Part shown: positions 7,330-17,124 of the stretch, one piece after another
Layout: each line of letters opens with the position of its first letter
Numbering within the stretch: position 1 is the first letter of the stretch
Virus record (IMG/VR): IMGVR_UViG_3300005805_000477
Location: 1 to 24,397 of that record
Length of the DNA: 24,397 bases
DNA from: a virus
Taxonomy: Duplodnaviria; Caudoviricetes
Reading direction: 5' to 3' (one strand)
Notes under the pieces: model-generated
What the model saw: only the letters and a program-made list of their open reading frames with translations
Databases searched by the model: none
What the model was told of the DNA's origin: nothing
Program-made: the position numbers and the translations under genes

Positions 7330-7973
7330 TGGCTGAAAAACATTATGTTGATAATAAAAAATTATTCGCGGTGATGGTGAAATATAAGACGGCGTACGAT
7401 ACTTATAAGAAAGCCCAAAAGAAATCGACGCGCAAACTGAAGTCTCCAAAAATCCCCGAATATATTGGCGAGTGCTTATTAATGATCGCGAACCGACTAT
7501 CCAATAAGCCGAATTTTGCCAGCTATACCTTTCGTGAAGATATGATCTCCGATGCGATTGAAAATTGCATATTGTATATGCACAACTTCGACCCCAAAAA
7601 GAGTCAGAACCCGTTTGCCTATTTTACGCAAATCATTCACTATGCGTTTATTCGCCGTATCGAGCGAGAAAAGAAACACTCATATACCAAATACAAATAT
7701 GCCCTCCATCGTGCCCAGCAGAAAGAAGATTATGTCGTGGATCAAGGAGAGAGCTTTGACGTTCGAGATCCGGCGTGGGCGTCCTATGAGAATGTGCATG
7801 ATTTTATTCGCAGTTACGAAGAGAAACTGGATCGCGCACGAGTGGCACGACACCATGACGATGCCGACGACGACAGCATCGTATCATTTGATATACTAGA
7901 AGATGATACGGTCGCGGAACTCGGTCTGGACGGCGTTCCGGAACGACTTGATGACCATGAGGATGAGGAATGA
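7329..7973 (+). CDS. gp55: Late-transcription sigma factor gp55
   Basis: HYVDNK, IPEYIGEC, KPNFASYTFREDMISDAIENC, NFDPKKSQNPFAYFTQI, acidic tail. Confidence 0.95.
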   Translation: MAEKHYVDNKKLFAVMVKYKTAYDTYKKAQKKSTRKLKSPKIPEYIGECLLMIANRLSNKPNFASYTFREDMISDAIENCILYMHNFDPKKSQNPFAYFTQIIHYAFIRRIEREKKHSYTKYKYALHRAQQKEDYVVDQGESFDVRDPAWASYENVHDFIRSYEEKLDRARVARHHDDADDDSIVSFDILEDDTVAELGLDGVPERLDDHEDEE

Positions 7974-9070
7974 GTCGGATACCAATCATAACGGACACAC
8001 ACTTCGGGGCACGCGGAGATTCCGCTGTGCTCTATGCCGCCATGGAAGCGTTCTATATGGACATTTTCTGGCCCGCGATTGATGCGGAAGGTGGTGTGCG
8101 AGAACTCCTGCATCTCGGCGATGTCACCGACCGCCGTAAATATATCAACTACCAAACGCTCTCGTTTGCCAAGCATATGTTCTTTGAACCCGCTCGTGCG
8201 CGAGGTATTACGGTGCATTGGGTGCTAGGCAATCATGACCTCCCGTTCAAGCACAGCCTTCAACTGTCGAGTCACGAAGCGTTTCGTGAATACGACAACG
8301 TGCGGATCTATCAAGATGCGACCACGATACATGTACAGGATGTGCCGGTGCTGTTGGTGCCGTGGTTGTGCGATGAGAACATGAAGTCGTCCATGAAGGC
8401 CGTGTCGGAGTTTGATGGTGCGGTGGTTATGGGGCATTTCGAGTTCGGTGGGTTTGATATGTTTAGCGGCATTCAAAACTCTCACGGGATGTCCGTCGAG
8501 GCATTCAAGCAGTTCCCCTTAGTGTTGTCGGGGCATTACCATCACAAGTCCTCCCGCGACAATATTCATTATCTCGGCGCGGCCCATGAGTTCATTTGGT
8601 CGGATGCGAATGATGACCGCGGCTTTCATTGGTGGACACCGCAGACACATCAACTGGACTTTGTGCCGAACACGCATCGACTGTTCTACAAGTTTACCTA
8701 TGACGATGCGAATCAACCCGGCACCTATGTGCAGGAACTTCTCGACCGCATGAAGCAGTCGAATGTGACGCAGAAGATTGTGAAGGTCGTCGTCAAGTCA
8801 AAAACGCAGCCGGTGTGGTATGATACGTTTGCGGATGCGGCGTTGAAACTGGGGGCGCATGACTTGCAGTTTGTCGATGACACCGCGTGGAGTGGGGAAG
8901 ATTTCGAGTCGGTCGAGCATGATCAAGCCCTTGATACCTTGACACTCATCAATCGGTATGTAGAGTCTCTTCCGTGGGCCAATACCCATGTCCAGCGAGA
9001 TGTGACCACGCTGATGTCGAAATTGTATCAGGAAGCGACCGACCAAGCCAAAACATTGGCGAGAAACTAA
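7970..9070 (+). CDS. gp47: gp47 Mre11/SbcD-like recombination nuclease
   Basis: Phosphoesterase motifs DTHFG, LGDVTDRR, GNHD, GHF, SGHYH. Confidence 0.95.
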   Translation: MSRIPIITDTHFGARGDSAVLYAAMEAFYMDIFWPAIDAEGGVRELLHLGDVTDRRKYINYQTLSFAKHMFFEPARARGITVHWVLGNHDLPFKHSLQLSSHEAFREYDNVRIYQDATTIHVQDVPVLLVPWLCDENMKSSMKAVSEFDGAVVMGHFEFGGFDMFSGIQNSHGMSVEAFKQFPLVLSGHYHHKSSRDNIHYLGAAHEFIWSDANDDRGFHWWTPQTHQLDFVPNTHRLFYKFTYDDANQPGTYVQELLDRMKQSNVTQKIVKVVVKSKTQPVWYDTFADAALKLGAHDLQFVDDTAWSGEDFESVEHDQALDTLTLINRYVESLPWANTHVQRDVTTLMSKLYQEATDQAKTLARN

Positions 9071-9072
9071 CT

Positions 9073-10770
9073 ATGTTACGATTCAAAAACATTCAATATA
9101 AAAACTTTCTGTCCACCGGCAATGCGTGGAACAAGTACGAGTTTGATAAGCACTCGCATACCCTCATTGTCGGCACCAACGGTGCGGGTAAGACAACAGT
9201 TTTGGACGCGATATGTTTCGCGCTCTATGGCAAACCATTTCGAGCAATAAATAAGCCCACCATCATCAATAGCGTCAATGAAAAGAACCTCGTGGTGGAG
9301 ATTGAATTCGACACACAGAATAATCAGTATCTTGTTCGCCGCGGAATCAAACCGAATGTGTTCGACATTGTCTGTAATGGCACACCGATTCCCGAGTTTC
9401 CGTCTCTTGGTGAGATGCAGGATTATCTGGAACGCTATGTGCTCAAATGTAACTACAAGGCATTTTGCCAAGTCGTTATTCTCGGGGCCTCATCCTATGT
9501 GCCCTTTATGCGGCTGACCCCACAAGCCCGGCGCGAGATTCTGGAAGATGTGCTCGACATCGAAGTGTTTTCCTCGATGCAGTCATTGGTGAAAGATCGT
9601 CTGACCCAAACGAAGAACGATATTGGCACGGCCCAACATGCCGTGCAAGTCATCGAATCACAACTCGCACTGGTGAAGAACTACGAAGCGCAGTGGGCAC
9701 AACAGCAGCAGGAAAAGCGAACACTGATTGAATCGCAGATTACGAAGAACGACACCGCCGCCCAGCAACTCCACGAAGAACGCAATGCGCCGATTGAGAA
9801 CGAAGCGAAGATGCGGGAGATGGTGGAGAAGATGCCGGAGTGGCAGGAGAAGCATACCAAGGCGACCAAGCTCGTCGCTCGGTTTGCGACCGAACGTCAG
9901 CATCTGTCGCATAGTCACACGTTCTTTAAAGACCACGACCAGTGCCCGATGTGTACGCAGACCATCGATGAGGACTTCAAGTCCAGTAAACTTGCGGGCA
10001 ACGAAGCGGCCCTCGCGAAGATCGACACGGACTATCAGGAAGCCCAGCAGATTGCGAACAAACTCGCCAAGCGATTGGATGTTGCACGACAGGCCCAGAC
10101 ACAACTTCAAGCGGTCGAAGTCAAACGCAAGCAGATTGAAGAGCGTATCAAGTCGCTTGCGAATGATACTACACGTCTCGCCCTCGAACGAGACCGCACC
10201 TTTGATGCGCCTCCGCCCCCACCTGCGGCCATTGGGGATTTGGAGTCCGCACAAGACGCGGTCAACGCGTTGGTGTATCAGAAGCAAGTGCAGGAACATG
10301 CGAATGCTTTGTTGAAGGATACCGGCATTCGCACTCGTATTATTCAGCAGTATCTGCCGATTATCAATCGCAACATCAATGCGTACTTGTCGGCCCTCAA
10401 CTTTCCCGTATTGTTTACGCTGAATGAGCAATTCGAAGAGACGCTCAAGAGTCGGCATCGTGATGTCTTCTCGTATGAGAACTTCTCGGAAGGCGAAAAG
10501 CGACGCATCGATTTGGCACTGGTGTTGACATGGCGGTCCATTGCTCGAATGAAGAACTCGGTTTATACTAATTTGCTCATTTTCGATGAGATCTTCGACA
10601 GTTCACTCGACCTTGCGGGCACCGAAGATTTTCTCGCGCTGTTACACACATTGGGAACCGATACGAATACCTTTGTCATCTCACATAAGACCGATGCTTT
10701 GATTGACAAATTCCCGCATGTGGTTAGCGTGACAAAGGAAAAAGGATTCAGCGTTGTCCGCGCCCTCTAA
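9073..10770 (+). CDS. gp46: gp46 Rad50/SbcC-like ATPase
   Basis: KNFLSTGN, GTNGAGKT, CPMC zinc hook, FSEGEK signature, LLIFDEIFDSSLD, ISHK. Confidence 0.95.
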   Translation: MLRFKNIQYKNFLSTGNAWNKYEFDKHSHTLIVGTNGAGKTTVLDAICFALYGKPFRAINKPTIINSVNEKNLVVEIEFDTQNNQYLVRRGIKPNVFDIVCNGTPIPEFPSLGEMQDYLERYVLKCNYKAFCQVVILGASSYVPFMRLTPQARREILEDVLDIEVFSSMQSLVKDRLTQTKNDIGTAQHAVQVIESQLALVKNYEAQWAQQQQEKRTLIESQITKNDTAAQQLHEERNAPIENEAKMREMVEKMPEWQEKHTKATKLVARFATERQHLSHSHTFFKDHDQCPMCTQTIDEDFKSSKLAGNEAALAKIDTDYQEAQQIANKLAKRLDVARQAQTQLQAVEVKRKQIEERIKSLANDTTRLALERDRTFDAPPPPPAAIGDLESAQDAVNALVYQKQVQEHANALLKDTGIRTRIIQQYLPIINRNINAYLSALNFPVLFTLNEQFEETLKSRHRDVFSYENFSEGEKRRIDLALVLTWRSIARMKNSVYTNLLIFDEIFDSSLDLAGTEDFLALLHTLGTDTNTFVISHKTDALIDKFPHVVSVTKEKGFSVVRAL

Positions 10771-10771
10771 T

Positions 10772-12325
10772 ATGCGCACCATCTGCCTGCTCACCGCCGG
10801 ACTCGGCACCCGCATGGGGAAGTATGCGGAGATGACGAATAAAACGTTATTGCCCATCAACGGCAAAGCCATCATCTCGCATATCATCGACCAGTATCCC
10901 GTCGGCCCCACGCGATTTGTGGTCGCGCTGGGGCACAAAGGGAGCGATGTGCAGACCTATCTCACATGGGCCCACCCGCATCTTCGACATGCGATTGACT
11001 ATGTGTGGGTGGATAATTATGCGGGTCCAGGCTCGGGCCCGGCGTATTCGGTGCGTCAGTGTCAAGAGGTGATTGGGGAGGATGAATTCACCCTCATTAC
11101 GTGTGATGGGTATTATGAATGTTTGTCCAGCATTCCTACGGGACGCAATGTGTTGGGTGTGGCACGTGTGGACCCATCACTGCAATCGCTCTATTGTAAT
11201 GTGCAAGTCGAACAGGAAAAAATTGTCGCGATATATGACAAGCACCCCACGACCGCGACACAGGTCGCTGCGTGTGGAGTCTACCATATTGCCGACACGG
11301 ATACGTTCTTTCACCACCTTCAGGGCACGGAACTCTCCAGTGGATTCGCCGCGCTCCCGATGGGCGCCGTTGAAATCTTTTGGCGGGACTTGGGGTCGGA
11401 CGTGTTCTATGACGCGTTTGTGCAAGAGCAGTTTGGTAGTGAGTCGTTTGACTACAGTAAAGAAAATGAACTCCTCTATGTGCTGCCCTCGAACAGCCCC
11501 TCATTTCCGAAGAAACGCGTCATCAAGTTTTTTGCGAATCGTGACATTACCGAGCATCGCGTCGTGCGCGCCCAGGCCCGCCCACAGTTTCCGGCGATTG
11601 ATGGACACAACGGGTCGTTCTATACCTATCCGTTTGTGGACGGGCACACATTGTATCAGCAATACACCCCCGCACAGTTTTCGGGGTTCTTGGAGTGGCT
11701 GGAAACGCAATTGTGGAATCAGGTGCCGAAGAATTTGTATTTGACGAGTGATGAATGCGCGGCGTTCTATTGGACCAAGACGCAAGAACGACTGGCACAG
11801 TTTCGCGCGAAGTATCCCGACTATCATCCCTCGCGTATCAATGGCACCGAGATTCGCAGCACACTGGAAGAGGCATTACAGACGGTGAACTGGTCGCGAC
11901 TCTGTCACGATAATCTTATTGAGCGCACGGCCTTTATTCACGGCGATTTGCAGTTCGACAATATTGTCGTGACCCCGACAGGAGACCTCTGCTTGTTAGA
12001 TTGGCGACAGGACTTCGCAGGGCAACTGTGGCACGGGGACAAGTATTATGACCTCGCCAAACTAAAAGCGGGGCTGATTCTCAATCACGACCTCATCAAG
12101 CGCCGCGCATTTTTCTACGATGAGCACGACCGTGAGGTCGTTTACGACGTGGCGGTGCGTCAGTCGCATACAGAGATGTTGCGCATTCTCGAATCACGCT
12201 ATCCGTCGCCCATCATCGATGATATTGTCTCGCTCATCTTTCTGAATATGGCCCCGCTTCACAAAGCACCCTACGACCGCTTGCTGTTTGCCCTCGCTCT
12301 GCGTCGTTTGGCATCACCGTTGTGA
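10772..12325 (+). CDS. Nucleotidyltransferase fused to an APH/choline-kinase-like phosphotransferase
   Basis: N-terminal LLTAGLGTRM...NKTLLPING; C-terminal HGDLQFDNI, LLDWR, YYDLAKL. Confidence 0.85.
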   Translation: MRTICLLTAGLGTRMGKYAEMTNKTLLPINGKAIISHIIDQYPVGPTRFVVALGHKGSDVQTYLTWAHPHLRHAIDYVWVDNYAGPGSGPAYSVRQCQEVIGEDEFTLITCDGYYECLSSIPTGRNVLGVARVDPSLQSLYCNVQVEQEKIVAIYDKHPTTATQVAACGVYHIADTDTFFHHLQGTELSSGFAALPMGAVEIFWRDLGSDVFYDAFVQEQFGSESFDYSKENELLYVLPSNSPSFPKKRVIKFFANRDITEHRVVRAQARPQFPAIDGHNGSFYTYPFVDGHTLYQQYTPAQFSGFLEWLETQLWNQVPKNLYLTSDECAAFYWTKTQERLAQFRAKYPDYHPSRINGTEIRSTLEEALQTVNWSRLCHDNLIERTAFIHGDLQFDNIVVTPTGDLCLLDWRQDFAGQLWHGDKYYDLAKLKAGLILNHDLIKRRAFFYDEHDREVVYDVAVRQSHTEMLRILESRYPSPIIDDIVSLIFLNMAPLHKAPYDRLLFALALRRLASPL

Positions 12326-12348
12326 TATACTATGCGTGATATACTATG
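12321..12348 (+). promoter_or_regulatory. Duplicated extended -10 promoter
   Basis: GTGATATACTATG occurs at 12322-12334 and 12336-12348; the second ATG opens the MTase ORF. Confidence 0.7.
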
Positions 12349-13971
12349 ACCGTGAAACCACTGACCATTCCTGACCATTATACGTCCTGCCATTACACGA
12401 CCAACCGTGCGTTGCTGAATAATCCCTCGGTGAATGCCACCTTTGACGAGGTGTTGCGTATGAACGATGCTGACTGGATTGCGTGGTTGGAGCGCGTGCG
12501 TCGTGCGGTATTGACGGCATGGAATACCGAGAATGTGCCGCCGCGCATCGGTCTCTCGGATGCGGAGATTGCCGACCAGTGGGATCGGTTTGTGGGTATG
12601 GACGCCTCAAAGTCGTGGGTGGTGTGCGATGATGGCGTCGAAGCCCTCTCCGTCCCGCCCGCGAGCCACAGTGTCATCTCGCAGTGGTTCCCGACCATGA
12701 TGGCTACGAAAATCACCTATTCTGATAAGAAGGAAGGGTTGAGCATCTACGATATGTTTGCGGATGATGCGGTGTGGGCCCGCTATCGGAACTCGTATGC
12801 GACGCGACATTTCCGTCGAGATAGTTTCTTTGCGTATAGTCGTGCGATTCATACACACGAGTCCGTGCCTGGCACCGCTGTGGTGCCGACGACCGCGTAC
12901 GAATATCTGGTGACCCTCCGCGATCATCTTGCGAATGCGCCTAATGATTTGTTTGGTGGTGCCACCGCCGCGACCCACGGCGTGTGGTTGTCGCCCGCGA
13001 TTGCCGATGAGGACTATGACGGCTACAGCACCAACATCAAAGACCGCTCCATCTGGACGGTGACGCGAGACGAAGCCGTCGCATGGAAAGCGAGTGGCGC
13101 GTTTCCGTCGCATTGGTTCACCGCTGTGGATGCGACACAAACCAAGAAATCACACTACATGGTGCGTCTCTATGAAACCGATATGCGTATCTTCCCGCAC
13201 GGGTTTCGCAGTTTCCGTATCAGCATGTGTCAGTATGCCGTGAACTGGCCAGCAGTCGCCGCTCGTGCGTTATATGAACGCTATACCACGGGCATCAAGA
13301 ATCCCGTCATTTGGGATCCGAGCAGCGGCTGGGCGGGTCGATTGGCCGGTGCGATTACGTCGAGGACAAAGCCGACGTATATCGGTTGTGATCCCAACAC
13401 AGATCATCTCTGGTCGGATGCGGACGGGACGGTGCATAGTAAGTATACCGAGATTGCGGCGTATCATGCGAGTCGGAGTGCCTTGGATGCGCCCCCGAAG
13501 GTGGTGTTTTTCCCGTGTGGGTCTGAGGTAATGAAAGACCAGCCGGCGTTTCAGGAATACAAAGGCAAGGTGGATGTCGTGTTCACGTCGCCGCCGTATT
13601 TTGCGAAGGAATTGTATTCGCAGGATGACGAGCAGAGTGCCCGCAAGTTCTCCGCGTTCGAGGATTGGTGTGAGGGCTTCCTGAAACCGACACTGGAAAC
13701 CGCGGCGGCGTGGTTGAAACCCGGCGGTGTGCTCCTCTGGAATATTGCGGATGCGAAGTTTGGGAACAAACTACTCCCGCTGGAACAGCGAAGCATTCAG
13801 TATGCGACGGCAGCCGGGTTGGTACAAGACGAAACCATTCGATTGCTGCTGTCCAATATGCCCGGTGGGAATCGCGTGAATGAAGACGGAACCGGCACCG
13901 CGAAGAATACCTGTAAAGTGGATGGTCGGTTAGTGAAGTTTGAGCCGATATTTGTGTTTAGAAAGAACTAA
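12346..13971 (+). CDS. SAM-dependent amino-DNA methyltransferase-like protein (SPPY type) with a long N-terminal region
   Basis: IWDPSSGWAGR (motif I), YIGCDPN, DVVFTSPPYF (motif IV), LKPGG. Confidence 0.8.
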   Translation: MTVKPLTIPDHYTSCHYTTNRALLNNPSVNATFDEVLRMNDADWIAWLERVRRAVLTAWNTENVPPRIGLSDAEIADQWDRFVGMDASKSWVVCDDGVEALSVPPASHSVISQWFPTMMATKITYSDKKEGLSIYDMFADDAVWARYRNSYATRHFRRDSFFAYSRAIHTHESVPGTAVVPTTAYEYLVTLRDHLANAPNDLFGGATAATHGVWLSPAIADEDYDGYSTNIKDRSIWTVTRDEAVAWKASGAFPSHWFTAVDATQTKKSHYMVRLYETDMRIFPHGFRSFRISMCQYAVNWPAVAARALYERYTTGIKNPVIWDPSSGWAGRLAGAITSRTKPTYIGCDPNTDHLWSDADGTVHSKYTEIAAYHASRSALDAPPKVVFFPCGSEVMKDQPAFQEYKGKVDVVFTSPPYFAKELYSQDDEQSARKFSAFEDWCEGFLKPTLETAAAWLKPGGVLLWNIADAKFGNKLLPLEQRSIQYATAAGLVQDETIRLLLSNMPGGNRVNEDGTGTAKNTCKVDGRLVKFEPIFVFRKN

Positions 13972-13984
13972 TAGCCACATCGTT

Positions 13985-13991
13985 CTAAATA
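13985..13991 (+). promoter_or_regulatory. Late promoter CTAAATA
   Basis: Intergenic; followed by GAGGA and GTG 14008. Confidence 0.7.
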
Positions 13992-14007
13992 TTCATAGAG
14001 GACAAGT

Positions 14008-15234
14008 GTGGCAACAAAGCTCAAAGACAAAGTAACCGCCTTAGCAAACAAAAATAGGTTGAAGATTACGTCGTCGAGTCGTGTTGTTCCTGCCTCCCAA
14101 CAAATTCGGTTTCCGTATAACGGCGATCTCACCAAGTTTTTTGGCACAATCGGAGTCCTTGTCAAAGAGAGCAAAATCAAAATATCGGGCTCATTCCCAA
14201 ATTACCTGCTGACCGATAAAACGGGAGAGGTGTTATACTACGTCAATAATGCCACGGATTCCGCCTCAGGTAAAACGTTTGGAACGAAGGAACTAACACC
14301 AGATACGTTCGGTCTGGGCGGTGCGCGGCTCACCGTCAACGAATGCGTGTCAAAATCGTTGAAGCATATCAAGTCACAATACGATGCGAATATCGCACAC
14401 GATTTTGAAATGCTGTTGAAGCAAACCCTAGAGACGACCACCCCGACCGTTTCTTTAAAGCGAGAGCTGAATTACTCCACTTCCGACTTAGCAACTATAT
14501 CAAAAGACTTCGGTGAAATTTTGGCGGCGATTTGGTATCTCAAAGAGACTAATGCGTCCAAGATATTCTTTCCCTCTAAATCGAACGAACAGTTGCTGGA
14601 TTTCTACGTCGAGAAGAACAATCGCGACCAAGCCGTGTCCGTCAAATCGGGTGGCGGCGGCAAGGTCACGATTCAAAACATTATCGACGGAGTAACGGAA
14701 TCTGGAGTCAAGTCGGACGTTATTCAGAAAGAATACTCGTATCAGGTATTCCAACTGATTGAAAAGTATAATGCAAAAGAAGGCATCCTCGAAGTAGCCA
14801 AATACGTCAATGCGAAAGGTCTCGATACGTTATGTAAGGCGATGAACATCAAGAAGACCGCATTGACGATGCGAGCGATACAGGACTTCACGAATAAACA
14901 TACAAACACCCAACTCAAGGGATTGCTTTCGTCGTATCACAAAGAGTTAGGTACGGTGATGACCGATACGGTCTGGGAACGGCCAGATAAAATTCGATTC
15001 ATTATTTCTCCGATGGGTGAATACTTGTGGAAAGAATTGAACGCGGATAAGAAGATGACCCAATCACTCACTCGACTGGCGAATATGATTGCCGTTATTC
15101 AGGTGAACTGCGACGTGACCAAGAAGAAAATACAGTTCAAGAAAAATTCGTTCAAGAGTGCCAAATTTGAATTCGGATGGGCGGGATACACTGCCGGCAA
15201 CAAACTTGGATTTAAGATGAAGTTGAACGACTAG
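14008..15234 (+). CDS. Lys-rich hypothetical protein, putative PD-(D/E)xK nuclease fold
   Basis: KDFGEILAA...FFPSKSNEQLLDFYV...AVSVKSGGG fits an E...D...SxK active-site pattern; AT-richer than its neighbours. Confidence 0.55.
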   Translation: MATKLKDKVTALANKNRLKITSSSRVVPASQQIRFPYNGDLTKFFGTIGVLVKESKIKISGSFPNYLLTDKTGEVLYYVNNATDSASGKTFGTKELTPDTFGLGGARLTVNECVSKSLKHIKSQYDANIAHDFEMLLKQTLETTTPTVSLKRELNYSTSDLATISKDFGEILAAIWYLKETNASKIFFPSKSNEQLLDFYVEKNNRDQAVSVKSGGGGKVTIQNIIDGVTESGVKSDVIQKEYSYQVFQLIEKYNAKEGILEVAKYVNAKGLDTLCKAMNIKKTALTMRAIQDFTNKHTNTQLKGLLSSYHKELGTVMTDTVWERPDKIRFIISPMGEYLWKELNADKKMTQSLTRLANMIAVIQVNCDVTKKKIQFKKNSFKSAKFEFGWAGYTAGNKLGFKMKLND

Positions 15235-15251
15235 TGACGCTGTGGTATACT
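15223..15251 (+). promoter_or_regulatory. Sigma70 promoter TTGAAC-N17-TATACT with extended -10
   Basis: TTGAAC 15223-15228, TGTGGTATACT 15241-15251, ATG 8 nt later. Confidence 0.75.
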
Positions 15252-15259
15252 GAGTCACT

Positions 15260-16030
15260 ATGACGATGCTGACCAGTGAATTTGTGTGTGCCGACGGACT
15301 CATTCGTCTTCGGCAACTACCCGCCAATTCCGTCGATCTCGTGCTAACAGACCCGCCGTATATTATTTCCCGCGACAGTGGTATGCAAGCTCTGAAAGAT
15401 GCCGGAACTGCCGATAAGAAATATGGCACCAAATACGCCATTCAAACGGATTATGGGGAATGGGATGCAACGTTCACGATGGCGCATCTAGCCGACTACG
15501 TGCAGGAATTCGCCCGAGTGCTTCGTAAAGGCGGCACGTGCATTATCTTCTTCGACCTCTGGAAGTTGGAATCGCTTGGGATGCTGCTGACGAATCAGAA
15601 GTTCAAACAGCTTCGATTTATCGAATGGGTCAAGACCAATCCTGTCCCCGTGAATGCGAGCGCGACCTATCTCAGTAATGCGCGAGAAACGGCCTTGTGT
15701 GCGGTCAAGGGTGGGAGTAGCACCTTTCATAGCCGCTACCATAACGGCATCTACTCGTATCCCATCTATCAGGGACAGCGCGGAATCGACCGCATTCATC
15801 CCACACAGAAGTCGTTGCCGTTGTTTCAGGAATTGATTCGCATTCATTCCAATCCGAATGATGTCGTGGTCGATCCGTTCGGTGGGTCGGGTACTACATA
15901 CATCGCATCTCTACTCGAACAGCGTCGGTGTATCAGTACGGAAATTGATTCGGAGATGCATCGTCGGGCGACGGAGCGAATTGCACATTATGAGTCCACG
16001 GTCGCATCAAGTTTGTGTCTTCACGAATAG
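15260..16030 (+). CDS. Beta-class N6-adenine/N4-cytosine DNA methyltransferase
   Basis: VDLVLTDPPY (motif IV) precedes HPTQK and VVDPFGGSGTT (motif I). Confidence 0.92.
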   Translation: MTMLTSEFVCADGLIRLRQLPANSVDLVLTDPPYIISRDSGMQALKDAGTADKKYGTKYAIQTDYGEWDATFTMAHLADYVQEFARVLRKGGTCIIFFDLWKLESLGMLLTNQKFKQLRFIEWVKTNPVPVNASATYLSNARETALCAVKGGSSTFHSRYHNGIYSYPIYQGQRGIDRIHPTQKSLPLFQELIRIHSNPNDVVVDPFGGSGTTYIASLLEQRRCISTEIDSEMHRRATERIAHYESTVASSLCLHE

Positions 16031-16033
16031 ACA

Positions 16034-17086
16034 TCAGTGGGCGTAGATACCTGAGCCAACCTCAAGATAGAATTTTGCCTCGTTTGCTTCCTTGCGAAGT
16101 TTTGTTCTAAGCTGAAAAATTGGCACTTTGGTTTGTTTGTTGATGAAGACGAGATTATTTCCCTTCGCCTCAATATCTAACGTAGTAATTTTTGCCAACG
16201 CATCGAAATACTCTACCGTGATTTCTTTGATTTGACCGCCGCGAATATCCACCACGTTTGCCAAATCCGACCCAAAAATACTTTTCCGTAAAAACGAAAA
16301 CGCATTTCGCGTGAATGTGCCGCCGGCGGCAATTGACTTGATTTCTTTTTGTAAATCCGAATACATGAGCTGTATCAATCTGAACTTTTCCTTTTGCTCT
16401 TTTGGCCCATTAAACGGTTTTGCTAACCGCGCATATTTTTCTTTCGCGTCCCATTTAATACCCAATCCTGCGGCGATGGCAAGCATTCCGTTATACGGTG
16501 ATAAGTTTGCTACGGTTACTGAGCCGGATTTCAGCGAGAATGGTATCGACATTCGGTGAACTTTTTTCTTTGTTGCTTTTGTTCTGACGTATACGTCCAA
16601 CGTAACGTCACCTTTAATTTCCCCACCACTGGATTCTCCGGCGATACCGTCCGCGACCACAATAAAATCGACAAGCTCTGACTTGTTGTTTTTGAGAAAT
16701 TGATCAATCGCAGATTGCGCTTGTTTACCGAATCGCGTATTTTCTATACTTCGCACTAACTGATTGATTTTGTTGTCTATGTCTCCAACATCTTTGGAGG
16801 ATTCATAGAGCACTTGATAAGTCTTACCGAATGCACCAGAAACCGATTCTGGTTTGAGTCGCATTTCAAATCCAACGTTAAAAATGTCGGCGGGTTTTTT
16901 GGGTAATTGGCGGGTAATGTTTTTCGCGACGAACTGTTGAACTCTCCCACTCGCGAACAACATAGGATCAATGGTAGTCCGAATCTTGTTTAGTTTATTC
17001 TTGTCTATCTTTCCGTATGCTATGTACAAGGACAATCCAATGGTAAAAATGCCCTCAATCACATCACCTTCGTTTAATTTTGCCAT
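16034..17086 (-). CDS. Hypothetical protein, putative PD-(D/E)xK nuclease fold
   Basis: ATG 17086 with GAGG RBS and ATAAATA upstream; NEGDVIEG...EIKGDVTLDV...IPFSLKSG; AT-rich. Confidence 0.55.
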   Translation of the reverse strand: MAKLNEGDVIEGIFTIGLSLYIAYGKIDKNKLNKIRTTIDPMLFASGRVQQFVAKNITRQLPKKPADIFNVGFEMRLKPESVSGAFGKTYQVLYESSKDVGDIDNKINQLVRSIENTRFGKQAQSAIDQFLKNNKSELVDFIVVADGIAGESSGGEIKGDVTLDVYVRTKATKKKVHRMSIPFSLKSGSVTVANLSPYNGMLAIAAGLGIKWDAKEKYARLAKPFNGPKEQKEKFRLIQLMYSDLQKEIKSIAAGGTFTRNAFSFLRKSIFGSDLANVVDIRGGQIKEITVEYFDALAKITTLDIEAKGNNLVFINKQTKVPIFQLRTKLRKEANEAKFYLEVGSGIYAH

Positions 17087-17100
17087 ATACGCCTCACTTG

Positions 17101-17118
17101 TATTTATTTCCCTAAATA
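17101..17118. promoter_or_regulatory. Back-to-back divergent late promoters
   Basis: TATTTAT 17101-17107 (ATAAATA on the - strand) and CTAAATA 17112-17118 (+), within a 38-nt intergenic gap. Confidence 0.8.
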
Positions 17119-17124
17119 CGGTAT

